From Perna viridis (Eukaryota), in assembly GCA_037379345.1 (NCBI GenBank), contig CM074511.1:39562862-39626861 (forward strand): a DNA stretch of 64,000 bases, read 5' to 3'. The notes under the pieces are model-generated. The model searched no databases. It was not told where the DNA came from and saw only the letters and a program-made list of their open reading frames with translations. Made by a program: the position numbers and the translations under genes. Every line of letters begins with the position of its first letter. Within the stretch, counting starts at the first letter, position 1. Shown here one piece after another: positions 25,686 to 40,000 of this stretch.

Positions 25686-27859
25686 CAGACCTTCGACCTT
25701 CTTAAGTGAATCTTTGATTTTTCCAAAAGAACTGATTGTTTTATTGAAAATAATTAAACAGTTTGTTGAACCCCTACACACTGATTCGATTGTTACAACG
25801 ATTTTATCTTCTATACAATTGTGAAACGCGAGTCAACGGGAAATAACTCATGTTAAATAGAAAATACTTCCTCGTAACTCGTCTGTTCGTTCGTCTGTCA
25901 GATAGTTGTCTACTCGATGCAGCCTTCATTCTTTTCGGAACTAGGGTGAAGTTTTAAGAACCATACAAGCTTGGATGAGATTGATTTTGAGGGATGACAG
26001 TTTTATGGACTAAGTGTCCACTCATTAGATCGCAACCTTTGTAAGTGTGCTCACTAAAGTTCTTCCTTTTTATTCAGTTACGAATGTTTGAATACGATTT
26101 TTTACACACGCGGAAATACAAAAAATGTTATTAAATAGAAACGTATAGCACATATTTTTTTTTATTGTATTAAAACTGATCTATAGAGTTGTATGACCCT
26201 CAAAGACAATTAAAATTGCCAAAATATCCACAATCTAGTTCATATACAGCTACTACCTTGAATTCTATAGTTAAGGTATGTTTTACCTATTTGTAAAACT
26301 GTATCCAGAGCCTTTAGGAAACGAAAATAGCAGGGCCCAGACTTAACACATCCTAATAATAATAATCTTTTACTACACGGCTTTTGAACGCTTCAAGTAT
26401 ACTAAAATAAACTAACAGTAGTTAGAAAATGATACACCGATTTAAGAAAATAATCAGGTCACTTACTCTTAACTGTTTAAAAGTACAAAAGTTCTTGCAA
26501 CAACGCGTGTATCTAAGAATAGTAGGGTCAAACCATGGCGGGTCGTAGACTTTAAATTAAGGGGTCAATGATAGAACTTTTTCGGACGAATAACTTCTAA
26601 AATATCAAGACTCGCGATGCATTTTTTCTATTTCTTGGAGTGAACACTTGTCACACCAAGCCCGATTCTTCCCTTACAAAGTTTATTATATATAGACTTT
26701 TGGGTTTTTTTTTGGAGGGGCAACAGAAAACGTCTAGAATTGGTATCGTTCGAACACACCTCTCTTATACTAGTAATAAAATAACCGCTATTTGGTTTGA
26801 ACAAATATTTTCTGACATTATATATGAATCGGTAATTTCCTTTCTGTTAAGACGTACCAACGCGGGTAGAAGGTTAGATACGACTGTAGTTGAGTGCCTG
26901 TATGTTCTTATCTTTATCTGCATGAATATAAAAAGTCGCGAAATGTATAATCAATTAATTCCATGGAAGCTTCCAATTACGCGCATTTACAATAGTGTAA
27001 TAAACTTCCAAAGAAATAAGCCTATATCTTGCCTTTTATCCACTGCTTATTAAAAATCGAAGCCTTTCTAAAATAAAGAAGATTAATGGTATCAATTTGC
27101 TTTGTGTAGATCCAGTGGCGCACGGTGTTCAATAAGTCTCTGCTATCTGATTCTTGTGTATTGGCTGAGGTTGTTGGAAATTCCAATCGATTAACTAATC
27201 ATTCAATCTGATTCCCTAGATCGTAATTTCAGAACCGATTTCTGGTCATAATTCAAAATCCTACATTTCAAGAGTTTGTACTGACACAGTAATTAATTAA
27301 GGATTGGATTCCTTATTAAGCAAATCGATTTCGAGGTTGGGAGATCAATTATAAAGCGTGGTCAGCAGACGACCATGGAATAAAAAATAAGCAAGCGCTT
27401 TCATCTTTGAAGCAAGGTATGTTTTAATTTATAGAAAATAATGTAGTTTGTATGTGTTCCTTTCCTCTAGATATATTACACATTTTTTTCCCGTTTTGAT
27501 ATGATAATTTCAAAGCTGGGGTGAACTGCTTTACTCTATAAGATGTACTCTATACAATGAACAATAATAAGGAGTAAATACAGATTCATAATATCATGAT
27601 ACACACATGCTTTTATTTACAAAAATGTGGGCTTTTCATGAAATTCAAATTATTTTTGAACAAAAATTGAGTGAAAAATAATTTCATCGAAAACAGAGTA
27701 TTGCAGTGTATTGGGAATCAATGTTGTGATGTCAACTCGTAGGCGTGGTACTGTCATGTTTATAGAATAGTGGTAATGAACTATTTCTTCCTCAACTTAC
27801 AGATGACGTAGGGGAAATTACCTCCAGTGTCTTGAGGTGTCGTTAATTCGACAAATGCC

Positions 27860-28555
27860 ATGTCCGACGGCACAGTCTCTAAAACATTCACTGATGATGG
27901 ATTAGCGACAGAAACTCACGGAGCACCAAATCTACCAAAAGATACAGACCCCGGAAAGTCGAAAAAGAAAATTAGCGGTTGTCCTGTTTATTTTGGAGTA
28001 AAATCTTATCTACATGAATTTTACGATCCAAATTCTTCGGCGAAGGATCCGAATATTTATGAGGATGACGACGTTGCGTTATTGCTGAATCCGAGAGCAA
28101 GAAGACGGAGATGTCCACCCATTTGGTTGAAAGTGTGTATCTGGAGTGGAGCAAACCTGTTGTTGTTTGGTATAGTTGGAATTTTAGTTGGTTATACGGT
28201 TCCTAGAAAATCTCCGGTGACGAAAGTCAGTGAAGACACTAATCTTGGCTATATTGATCACAATGCTGTGTCGTTTAACTCGACTCTGGATTTGTGTAAA
28301 TTAGTTGGTTTGATTTTATTTTGTTCTGGTGGAATCATATTTGCTATGTCACTTCTGTTTCCGAGCTTTTTAACTAGCTACTGTGACGAGGATCCTACGG
28401 AAGATTCAATTCGTATACCCATCGCAGATGAAAAAACGCCGCTTAGCCCTATCGAGATGTCAATCCCCGCTACATCAAAGGTCAAAAACGTTCAGCCGAA
28501 CAGAGTTGCTTTCAAAGATGAAACACCGACAAAAGATGTTCGGTTTCAGGATTGA
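27860..28555 (+). CDS. Neurensin-family two-TM protein (NRSN1/2-like), 231 aa, single coding exon
   Basis: YFGVKSYLHEFYD, WLKVCIWSGANLLLFGIVGILVGYTVPRK and IDHNAVSFNSTLDLCKLVGLILFCSGG parallel neurensin motifs (YGVRSYLHQFYE...FNSALD..KLAG). Probable 5'UTR intron 27417-27802 (AAG|gtatgt...ttacag). AATAAA at 28597-28602. Confidence 0.9.
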   Translation: MSDGTVSKTFTDDGLATETHGAPNLPKDTDPGKSKKKISGCPVYFGVKSYLHEFYDPNSSAKDPNIYEDDDVALLLNPRARRRRCPPIWLKVCIWSGANLLLFGIVGILVGYTVPRKSPVTKVSEDTNLGYIDHNAVSFNSTLDLCKLVGLILFCSGGIIFAMSLLFPSFLTSYCDEDPTEDSIRIPIADEKTPLSPIEMSIPATSKVKNVQPNRVAFKDETPTKDVRFQD

Positions 28556-29063
28556 GATCTGCTTGTTAAGTATTTTTGCTGAATTTTTATCACAAAAATA
28601 AATCTGCATTCCAATGAGTGTGGTTAATCTATTTTTGTCTTTTAAATTTAATGTATAATTTCCTTAATATAGCAGTAAAGCTTAAGAATGACTTTTGAAA
28701 CGATTCCTAACTCGCTCATAAAAACTTTTCTTTAATAATTTGAAACACACAACAATTGCGGACAAAAAGAGTCAATTATTAACTCACTGTTAGATGTAAT
28801 TCAGAAATGAGGGCTTTGAATGGCTTTAATTGTTTGTTAGCAAACTTTTTTAATTATCAGCATACTTTCAGTACCGGACAAGGTCAAACATTTTATTGAA
28901 ATGGAAATATCAGGGTATGTTTGTATGTATCACATCAATATTGGTACGAGATTCTCTTTATTGGCGGCTAAGGTCGTTGAGGTGTAGATGGTCTTGATTT
29001 ACTCTATACAGTGCGTGTATTTTACCTATGTCATCTGAATCGATTCCATTATGTGCAGGATCA

Positions 29064-29203
29064 CATGGGCGGATGAAGGGGGTCTGGGGTTGTAAGCCCA
29101 CTTTAAAAAAAAATCTGATAATTTTGTTAAAATTTGGGGGAAATGTGCAAATTATGGACTGGGAACCCCACTCCTCTTTGACAAATTTCTGCATCTGCCC
29201 TTG
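29064..29203. mobile_element. MITE, ~140 bp
   Basis: TIRs CATGGGCGGATG / CATCTGCCCTTG (2 mismatches), flanked by GGATCA / GGGTCA (6-bp TSD, 1 mismatch). Confidence 0.6.
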
Positions 29204-32200
29204 GGGTCATACTACAGGCACTAGAGAAGGTTATTTTATGTATATGACATAGCAAAAACATGTACTTATTCATTATGTATTAATTTTAAGAAATACATCA
29301 ACCTTTCATTTCTATACCCTGTTTTGAGTAAACAATCTGGAGGAAAATTATTCCGTTGTCTTGTATAATCAAAAGTTGCTTTAAATCAGTATTAAACTTT
29401 TATGATTCTCTGAAAAGTCCCTGGTCCCTTTCAAATGAAGAAAGGCAATAAAATATACCAATTTCATTTACATTATGCTCAATTATCATTGTTGTAAATA
29501 CCTGCCATCAGAATTATATCAAACAAGGGCAAACTGAACTGGACAATTAGATAATCAAGCATAAGTGTGAATTATGAAAATATGCCTTCATGTGCTGTTG
29601 ATCGCCACTACATTACTGATCCCCAAGTTGTAAATGAAAATAAAAACTTGTAGGGTTGTGTTTCTGATTTTGAAGTCCAGAGGGGGGGGGGTCCAGACAT
29701 TTCAAAAAGGAATGTGGGATGGTAGTTCAATCCAAAAGTTTATTAAAATAAAAGGCAAGGCATGCCAAGCCATAATTTGCCCAAATTTTAAAAAAAAAAT
29801 CTAACAATCCAGAATATTGTCAAATTCAAGAAACAGTTATGCAACACTGTTACTACCTAATGACATTAACCACAATGGTAGCATTTGAAAAACATTGTTT
29901 ATGAAAAAAAAACGTTTTTTTTAGTTATACCACTATAACATTAAAAATTGGATCCTTTCTTCCTTAATTGGTAAAAAAAACTATTTAGATTCCAAACTGT
30001 GTCTGTCCCAAAATTCAAAATTCCACAAACTTGAATTCATGTTCAAGTAGTAACAATGTGTAAAAATTGTATTAAGACTTATAAGGCAAATATAAGATAA
30101 AACCAAAAAAAAAGTCTTAAAAAAATGAGAAAAATGGTTAAATTCAAATCCAGTATTCTTTGTTCATTCATAATTAACTTTCAATTTTCTTTCCACTTTA
30201 TTTTCTTAGAAAACATAAAAAATTAAAACATGCAAGCATAACAATAGCATATCACAGTTCAAACTTTCAACAAATTCATTTTATACAATGTTCACTCCAT
30301 CTTCCTCTCCTTTTCTTTCTCTCTATCACTCAAAAAAAATTATACAACCATGAAATCATGTGTGAATAAAATTACAAAACATATTATAAAAAACATCAAA
30401 AATGCAACAAAATAAACAATGTAATTAGAAACATGACATTAATTGTTTTTATCACAGTATCGATTTAATTTGGTGGAATCACCAGTTTATCTCCCCTTGA
30501 ACAATAGATCAATAACTGTTTGTTGAGTGTGAGATAAGCCCTGGGGTTAATAATGTTATGTCATAGAAGGCTTACATAACCTCAAAATTTTTCATTTATA
30601 TAACTATGAATATTTACATAACTTTCAACTTGAACTCACCCAAAAATGGGGAGTGAAGCTCTTTTGAATTCTTCTTGGAATTTGTTTACATTTCTTTTCA
30701 AATATTTAAGGAGTACAATATAACTGTAAATGAACATCATCTTCTTTACTTCATTCACAACAAAAACTTGCTTATAAAAAATCTACACTTACAAAATAAC
30801 AATCTTTCAGACCTTCAAGAATTGTGATATTAAAAAAAAAAATAGAATCATAACAATAAATTCTGAGACTTTAAATACACATTTATTTTCTTTAACTCAG
30901 GTTGTGTAGGAGACAACTTAGACAGCTTTGAACTTTACTTAGAATATCAAATAATACAAAAATCTTTGAAATTGTAACTTCTTTAATGGCAGATAATGGA
31001 GACATTATAAGAACTCTGCCAATAATTCTTGGAAAAACCAATAAGCGAACAAAAAGAAACTAAATGAGATTCCCAGCATAAGCAGTGACAATCCTTGAAC
31101 AGCTGAGAAACAAAAGGAACCTTCATAAAATCAATTCTTATTGACAGAAACTCTCCATGGATAAAATCAATACAGATTTTTTTCTCAATTGAAAGTCACA
31201 AATTTCTATCTTCAATCATGCAATAAATAGAATAATGCCCATCTGACAACAGAAGTATGTAAACAATGAACAGTGTCAAACCTCTGAACCAATATAATTA
31301 TCAATTAAGAAATACACATGGAGAGAATTCAGTGAAACACTGTGTTTGACAATCAATCTAATGGATGCTTTCCCAACTTGTTATTCATTAGTTTAATCAG
31401 TTTCTGGTTCATTATACAAAATAACTAAGATTGAAGCATATTATCATGAAATCACTGCTAGCATGATTATACTGCTATTTTGAATGCTGGCAGTAAACAA
31501 TAGGTTTTTAGAAAGATTTTTTAACTGCTTTACTGAGAAAATGAACTTTTACTTGTTAATCAAATAAAAAAAAAAAAAATAAGTTGCCACAGCTTGACAT
31601 GCCATGGCTGTTTCAAATTTCTACGTTATAGCAGTAGTGGACAGTTATACCCTCCTACGTAAGAGTTTTTCTATCATCATCCAAAGGCAAATATGCTCAA
31701 AGGTTCCCCTTCAGACACAACATGATTTCTGATTAGTGGAATTCACCAACTAGAACTGGTTCTTGCTAAATATTAAATGAACTTTTACTTGTTCATCAAA
31801 TAAAAAATAAATTGGTTGATTTCTGATGAGTGAATATTTCACCAACAAGAATTGTTACTCACTTTATATTAAAGGACAGACAAGGTGTCGAGGTAAAGAC
31901 CTTTCTCACAAGTAGATAAAATACAATGTAAGAGAACCGAGCAATAATGTCATTAATGGCAACAATTAAAAGCATTTTCATTAAAATATATAATGAAACA
32001 AGAAAATTCAGCTAGACAATAAAAAATTATAGCTTGTAAAACTTGTTAATTTTCTTCCATATTGCCCAACTAAATTCCCATAAATCTTTCCAAAATACCT
32101 TGTAGAACTGATGTGAATTTAATCAGTAGAAAATTGCCAAGTATTCCATAAATGTCAGCAAAATGAAATTCGATAACGATGCCTATCATGCAAGAAAGTA

Positions 32201-34064
32201 ATACACCATACCAGAGTGTAGCAAGATCTATTTTTCCACTTCACTTCGATAAATTAATTATAGTGCCAAAAGAAGCTCAGCAAAAAGGCACAAATCGATA
32301 AAACTGCCCACACAAATGAACCATAATATTTACTTTCAAGGTTAAAGCCAAATAATCAATGCTGATCATATTCTATTGGACAAACGATAAAGTTTATTTG
32401 ACAAGCTTTGAATATTTGTCCAGTAGCACTCAATAGATAAATAACAAAAGGGAATCATGATAAACAGTACAAAATGTCAACAAAACATTGTTTAACATTC
32501 ACAGAAAATTTAATTGCATTGTAAAATTCCATAAGGAATCATTTCTTCATAATATGGAAGTTTATAAGAGCAATAAAATCTCCATTATGATAAAATACAC
32601 ACTGTCAGTATATAGGTAACTCTCATTAAGAAGAAATTGTTGCTAAGCAATAGAAGTACAAGGGTAAACTATTATGGAATCTCCACTTGGAAAATTCATA
32701 CTATTTCTTGGAAAATATAATTATTAAAACTGATATATCCATTGAACATTGACCTAGCAGTTATTTTGATACTACATGTATATGTACTAGTATACCATCA
32801 GGCCAAGTAAACATAATCTCTTGGGTCTCAACTCTCAAGCCCTCTCTCATCCCTTTGAATGATGCTTCTTCAGTTCCCCATTTTAATCAAATAAAAACAA
32901 ACGTGATCTCCCTTGTCATTTTTTGGATATCAACAAAATCAAAAAGATCCCATTTCTCTCTTATTGACAGTTCATACAAATGGGCCAAGAACCAAGAAAG
33001 AAGCTTTGTTTGGCCTTACTCAATAGAATTTTACCAAAATGAAACTTTGCAAATACAGAGTAACAAAACATAACAAGGTTTGACTCCACTGAATACTTCT
33101 TTTTATACAATAAGTCCTGCAAATACCTCCTTCAGTTTGATAATACAAGTACAACTTCAATTACTTTAACAAAAACAAAGCAAATTGAAATTAATTTTGA
33201 GTTATACACAGGATGTTAATTAATTTTTGCAATGCAGGTACCTTTGGTTTTGTAGGAGGCACTTTTCATCATTTTCTTTTATAAAAATATATGAAATTTT
33301 ACAATTCAGGAGGTACCTTTCAGTAGCTTAAAAGGGTAAAAGTACCTGGTAGTGGTACTGCCTCTTAATGAAAAGCCTGTTTACACAATCATTAGCTGAA
33401 GGGGGTGGGGTGCGGGGGGTTGGCAGGGCAAGATGAATATTTTAGCAGGACAATAAGAACAAAAACAATGAAGGTGGTAAATATGTCATTCTAATAAAAG
33501 TTTCTCATTATTCAATTTTTTACTTGTTATCATAAGGCCATCATAAAAAAAATTCTAGATACTCATCTAACCTTTTTTTTCAAAATTAGGGGCAGACAGG
33601 AAAGTCTTTTTTTTTCATTTTTATCAGTTAAGTGAAAAATGCTATCAATTAAAAACAACTTTACCTAAATTAAGATATCTAAATAAAATTTTGTCAAAAG
33701 GAGGGGTGTATACATGAAAAATTTGGGTTCAGAGGAGATGGCGATCTATGATATTTGTTGTTTTGGCCTAAATTAATTCAAATTAATACTGTTTAAACAT
33801 GGCTAGCCTCATAGGTCAAGATAAAAGCAAATGATGTTGAAACACTCATGCGGTTTTTCTATTACTTCTAGATTACTACTCATACCAATGATAAACGTAA
33901 TCGCATCAGATGCTGTCAATTCTATATGGTTTGGACCCTTTTTCACACAATATTGGCCATCATAGCTCACTATGACCTAGCAAAACTCTTGGATGGTCCT
34001 TCAGAATGGATAATTGGTCTTTTCATTTTTTACCTCATAAAGTCTAAGTACTAAGGATTGTTGT

Positions 34065-37000
34065 TTATATCCACTTCCCAGCAGCATTGTAAATAAATGA
34101 TTGTTTTCCCATATTTATTGGTCTGTAATGAGCTGAAAATCAATAAGAAAGAAACTGACATTGATAGTAAACAGTCACAAATAATTCCATAACCAACTAT
34201 GTATAACCTTAGTAATGGGTCTGTAAACATTTGATTCATACAAAAATAATTTAGCCAATGTTTTTTTACAACTTCTTCTAAATCACAAAAATAAAATTAT
34301 GCTGAGGATGAATAATGTATATTCAATCTTGTCTGTAACTTTAGAGTCATACACACGTATACAGTATTAAGAAGTACAGTAAATAATTTTCTAGGCAATC
34401 ATCTAATTAATAATAGTTGAATATTATTTTTGCAATATACAAATAATTGTGAAATAATTGCTTGGTTTTCAGACCCTTCTTTACAAGTCTCTATTGGGTA
34501 TGTAAGTCTTGTCATGTGACTCCTTAATTTCACAAGAAAGGGTCCTAGTCTACCATTCAAAAGCATTGAGATTTGTCATTTAGAGAGCGTTGATTTCAGT
34601 GTTAAGGGCAAAAATTTTTTCTGTGTAAAGGTAGTAAGAAAAAACATAAAATAGCAGATTTTGCATTGTTATACAGCGTTTCAAGTACCCGGAAGTAAAC
34701 AATAAATACAGCTCAGTATTCGGTTTTCAATACATTCTGCATCGCAAAATTTCGGTAAAGAAAATGAAACTAGAATGAGACTTAAATACCCTATTGATGG
34801 TACCTGCTTATCCATTCGTATTGCCATATATGGCATCAATCATATAAGTAAAATAAAAATACTTCTCTTGTAACTTCTAACCAATGTCATTGACTACCTT
34901 TCCAAGTCTTGCACTTTTATGTTTAGAAGCAATAAAAAAGCAACCTCAAGGCCTCAACACATTTTGAGGCATTTAAAAAGTACAAAAAAGCCTTAATCCC
35001 CCATTTCTTCATTTGTTTCATAAATAATGGCCTGAGAACCAAATAATTACATTGGAATAGCCTTTTATATATACTTTTTCAAAAGCCTCCACAAATTCTA
35101 ATAAAAGATTTTAGCAAATCAGCAATCAGATGCTGCTACTCAAAAACTGTAATTAATAACATGGCATTTTATTCGTCAATCGTTAAACACCTATGTCGGG
35201 ACAGAAATGATTTAATGGTTCTGATCTGATTCACAAAAAAAAAACAACAACAAATAAAAAATAAGCAAATATAAAATGTATATGTCAGTCCCTAATGAAA
35301 AAGGATAGAATTTGTATATTAAAAAAGTCAATCTTACAAAAATCTTTAAAATGTCAAACTTGATAGAATAAATATGTTTAAGCTTATCATTTTTAGGATT
35401 TATAACTTGATTTTTGTCTAATACACATAGTTCATGAACTACCTGTTCTATTATGGAAGAAAACTTGATTAAAATAATTGTGAAAAGCTGTGCTTAAGCA
35501 GATGGTATACCCGTGTTTAAAGTTCTACAGGTCTACATAAAAAATAGAAAATCAATAAAAAACAAATGATAGTAACTTCATCAAAATGAAAACATGTAAC
35601 CAATCAATTATTTAAGCATGTTACAAGAGTTAAGACTTAGGAACAGACCAACAGGCAGATAGAACTACAGTCGTGTACAAAAAAGGGCTTTAAAAAATAA
35701 CTTAAAACTAAAATTTTGAACTTACCTGGGCCAGGTTGTTCCCCAGGTTGTCCAGATCCTGTCCATCGACTTGTAGTAGAAACAAACGCTGATGATGACA
35801 TGTAATGTTTTGGCTGTCCTTCATAGTTAACTGTTTCATAGCTTCCTGGACCAGGCATTGGAGGAGTATCAGGTAAAGGCATAGCTGGTGCTGATATACA
35901 CAAATAATGCTTTCTCCTAAAAAATAAAGGATGAAATCAGTGCAAATAGGTAAATGCTATTGTATTCTATCAGTGTGTTATCCTTTGTTTATGAAATATA
36001 CTGTAATTCAAAATGTTTATTTTTTTCTTTACTTAGTTTTGCCCCTTGACTTGTGATTTGAATGTGACTTAAACTGCAGTTGTTTTTAATTTACCATCAA
36101 GCATTATGTTGAAATCTATCAAACAAATAAAGAATGCTGCATTTATCAAAGTACTTTGATGCACCAATTTGTCTCTTTAAAAATTAAGCAAGATCTGCAT
36201 TCACTGGCACAATTGTTAACTCTTTATTAATTCAACTAAAATTTCCAAGTTTTTAACTGAATTTTGTATCATCAGAATTTCATAACACTGTAATAATCTT
36301 ACGGGAATAATTGTTTCTTTGCTGGATCAACTGGTTCATTTGGTTTATATGCTCCTGGACCAGGCACCTAAAGAGAAAAAAAAAGAATTCTGAAATTGCT
36401 ACAAACATAAAAAAAAATTACATTTAAAAGATCTACATATAAAAACCAAACTAACTTATTTAGCTTCTTCACATTTCCCTTAATGTTTGAGATATAACTT
36501 TTAAATTTGTTCTACTGTTTTAATATTAATGCTTACTGGTGCAGGATCTGCTTGCATCTGTCTCCTTGATTTAGATTTAAAACTAGATAGAGGAACTTTT
36601 ACACTGTCGTGGAGTAGTGCATCATTGACATCATATTGACCTAAAAAAAAAATCAAAACAATTCTTTGTAAAAAACTTTGTGTGAGTAGTGAAAATTAAT
36701 GAGAGAAGTATGAATTATTCATCATAATATATGCAAAATTAAAGGTTTTTGTTCGTGAGAAATTTTATACATTGTAGAAAGGAAAACAACTGTTACTTAT
36801 GCGTTTTGTATTTATATTCTACCGTGCAAGAACTTCCATTCATGGGTACCAATCTTCCCTGATTTAAGGAAGAAATACTAATTCATGTATTATCAGGTTC
36901 ATGGGTTTAAGAACTCCATCATTTAAATGAATGAAATACATTTCATTTTTGTTGGAAACCAAATTTTGTGGTTTGCAAAACCAACAGTACACACGATAAT

Positions 37001-40000
37001 TAATACTCTGTAAATGATGATACTTTCACAGTTTATAAATTCTATACCATTACCTTAAATAACAATCTTTCATTTAAATAAATTTGATTTTCTTTTCAAT
37101 GACAGAAACATCCTTCAGATTTTCCTAACCTTTCAACTTACCAGGAGCTGGGTTTTTAGCTACATTTCCAACATTAATTGCCTCTCTTTTTGATTGAGAT
37201 TTAAATGCTGCTTCTGCTGCTACATTATTAGTCTTCCCAAATTTAGACTTCAACACCTGTATAAAAGTTTATTACAAGATTCAAGTTAACTGACTTCTTA
37301 AAAAGAACTTTCAGGTAATGACAAAGTTTGTGAGGTTTTCATTAAGCAAACTAAAAACAAATTCTTGGATGTCCCCTTCCAGGTTGCTTTATTACCTTTT
37401 TCAGACATGATCCTTCAAAGCCAACAAAAAAGTGTGGAAATTAGTGAAAACGGAAGTGGTAAAAAAACCAACAAAAAGGTAAAATCCAGATAGGAAAAAG
37501 CAGAATTTATAAAACAGTAGAAAATCATGTGGGATTTTTATAGATACATGTATGTAAATAAACCAAGAAGAAAAAACACATTCCTCTGATTTTGTTCTGT
37601 AAATTAAAATGTAAAAACCTCACAAACACTTTTTGGAAGCAATAAAAATTAAAAATTCTCCTCCCTCCCTCATTAGTTTTCATGAAAATGACCTATGTAC
37701 CAAAAAACTAATTTTGAATATAAAAAAAAAAAATTTTCCCCTTGAAATATCAAGTTAAAATAGTTCTTTTTTAAAATAATACATACATCATATGAATTTG
37801 GTGCTGGCTTCTTTTCCACTTTCTCTGTTGCATGAGCTATAGGTTTATGGAAATTACTACTAGCTTCTGCCTTGTTGAAATCTTTTCTTGCCACAAGCAT
37901 ACTTGGTAAACCATAAGTCCCTGGTCCTGGTGCGGCTGTTATGTAATATTTTATTCCCCTTTTGCTCTGAAAAACACATATACTTTATTCATGTTTATAT
38001 GTCATACATTGGAATCTAGTCTCAAATTCTTTAAAGATGTTTGCTGGTCATTGTCAAACCTTTTTGTCAGGTTTTCGGACTCCTCTGGTTGTATCCATTT
38101 AAAAACATTTTGTTTTTGCCCTGTGACTGCAACTTTTCTTTCCATAATTTCATTAAATACACCTTGAAATGTTATTTGGGAATTTTATTTTCATGAAATC
38201 CTGGTTATTTTTTCAATGGTTCAATAGATAAAACCTATTAAGACATGATCTATGGAAAATCCAGAGAAATCCTTTCTTGCCAAAATTTTAAATCCTTACA
38301 ACTCAAAAACAAGCACACTGACCCATCTTTTTTTTCTCTTATTTTGTTCAACTATGAAAGATCTTAAAAGATTTCACAACCCTCTGAAATTCCTTTTTTA
38401 TTTTAAAATAGAGCAGCGAACATCTTCAAAGACAATTTTAATATTAATTTGTTGGTACATTTATACTTAGAAATTTAAATTTTGAAAAACAGTATACTGC
38501 AGATTTTGTACCTTTGGATGTAAAAAGAAGGACTCGAAATCCTTATATTATCAGATAGTGTGAAACACAGCACGCTTGACCTGTATTTTATGGTTAAATA
38601 CATACCTTAGAAGCAAAACCACCAGTTCCCTTTTTAGAAAAAGAAGCACTGTTGTTATCCATTGTGTGGTGTTTGACATAATTCCCTGGTCCTGGTGCAT
38701 CAGTCTAAATATAAAATAGATATAATAAAAGAAATGTAGATGTTTTTTTTCCCTTTTTTCTGTTTTTATATAGTATATATTTAGAAGAACTAGTTGGGCT
38801 AGTAGTTTTGGATTTGATTGCACATCTGTTGCACGGACAAGTGTATGAAGGTATTTAGGGTGAGTATTGGAATTAGTATTTAAAGTCAGAAACCTAAATG
38901 TTATAGTATGTCAAGGTGCTCACAGTAACTTTGAGGATGTAATGATCTGCTTAGTATATTCATCAGTTTGTAGTTTGATTTATTTATAAAGTTTGGTATT
39001 TTATATTTTATAAAGTAGTTTATGTAAACTGATTATTTTGTTTGGTTTGAATAAAGGTTGTTCGCTATAAAAAATATGAAGTTACTGTGAGCAAACCAAG
39101 CCTAATTTCTGTCTTGTCTCTATTTAAAAGCAATATATGTAGTGTAGAAATAATTTAAATAAGGATGATGAAAGAGGCAGAATTTAAGTTTAAAAACTTT
39201 ATTATTTCATTTAATAAAAGATGACAAATATGTATGGAATTGCACAAATTTGAGAATTTCAAAACAATTTTTATTCAATCCTTTTTTCAAAGATTTAATG
39301 GGTAAAAAAATTATTGAATATTAGTATACCATGTAATTTTTTTTTTCAATATTAAACATCAAAGGTTAGACATATGTAAATAATGAGAATTGAAGCTAAA
39401 GAAAAGCTTTCACACTTCTTGCATGGGGATACAATCAAACTTTTAGTTTACCCCATTATGGCATTTGTGAGCATTCTTTAAGATTTTTGTCTTTCTATTT
39501 AATCAAAAAAGCATAATGCTCCAGATGTAATTTGACAGAGCAGCATGCAGATTTTTTTTATATATCTTACCAATCCTGCATCAAATCGAAAACGTTTAGC
39601 TTGTGACAAAAAGCCTTTTTTATCAGCATTGTCTGTTACGATAGTTTGATATCTACTTGGTATTGATGCAGTGGCAGCAACAATTCCATGACCTTTTTTT
39701 AAAAAAAAAAACTCAATTAATACTACATTTAAGTCACATATTACATGTACTCAGAGCAACTTAATGAAAAGAAACATGTTTACCTTCGATCAATTTTCAA
39801 TTCTATATGAGCTGAAACCCCATCATTTTGAATTTAATGTGCACTTAGATAATATAATGTTGAACATCCATCAATTAATCTTTAAAGAAAGAGATTAACA
39901 GTTGCAGCAAATTTAACATTGGTTCATCAACACTGTAAGTTCAAACAAGCATGCAGGCTTATGGTTCTAAAAAGTATCAACACTATATTGCAAACATGTT

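Noticed and set aside
26640-27053. 137-aa ORF upstream of the neurensin-like gene
   Set aside because: GTG start, no recognisable motif, composition typical of AT-rich non-coding DNA.
35168-35225. Possible alternative terminal exon of STPG1 (pyrimidine tract, CAG, short frame, AATAAA)
   Set aside because: No homology support; exon 34132-34065 supplies the conserved C-terminus. Only RNA-seq could rescue it.
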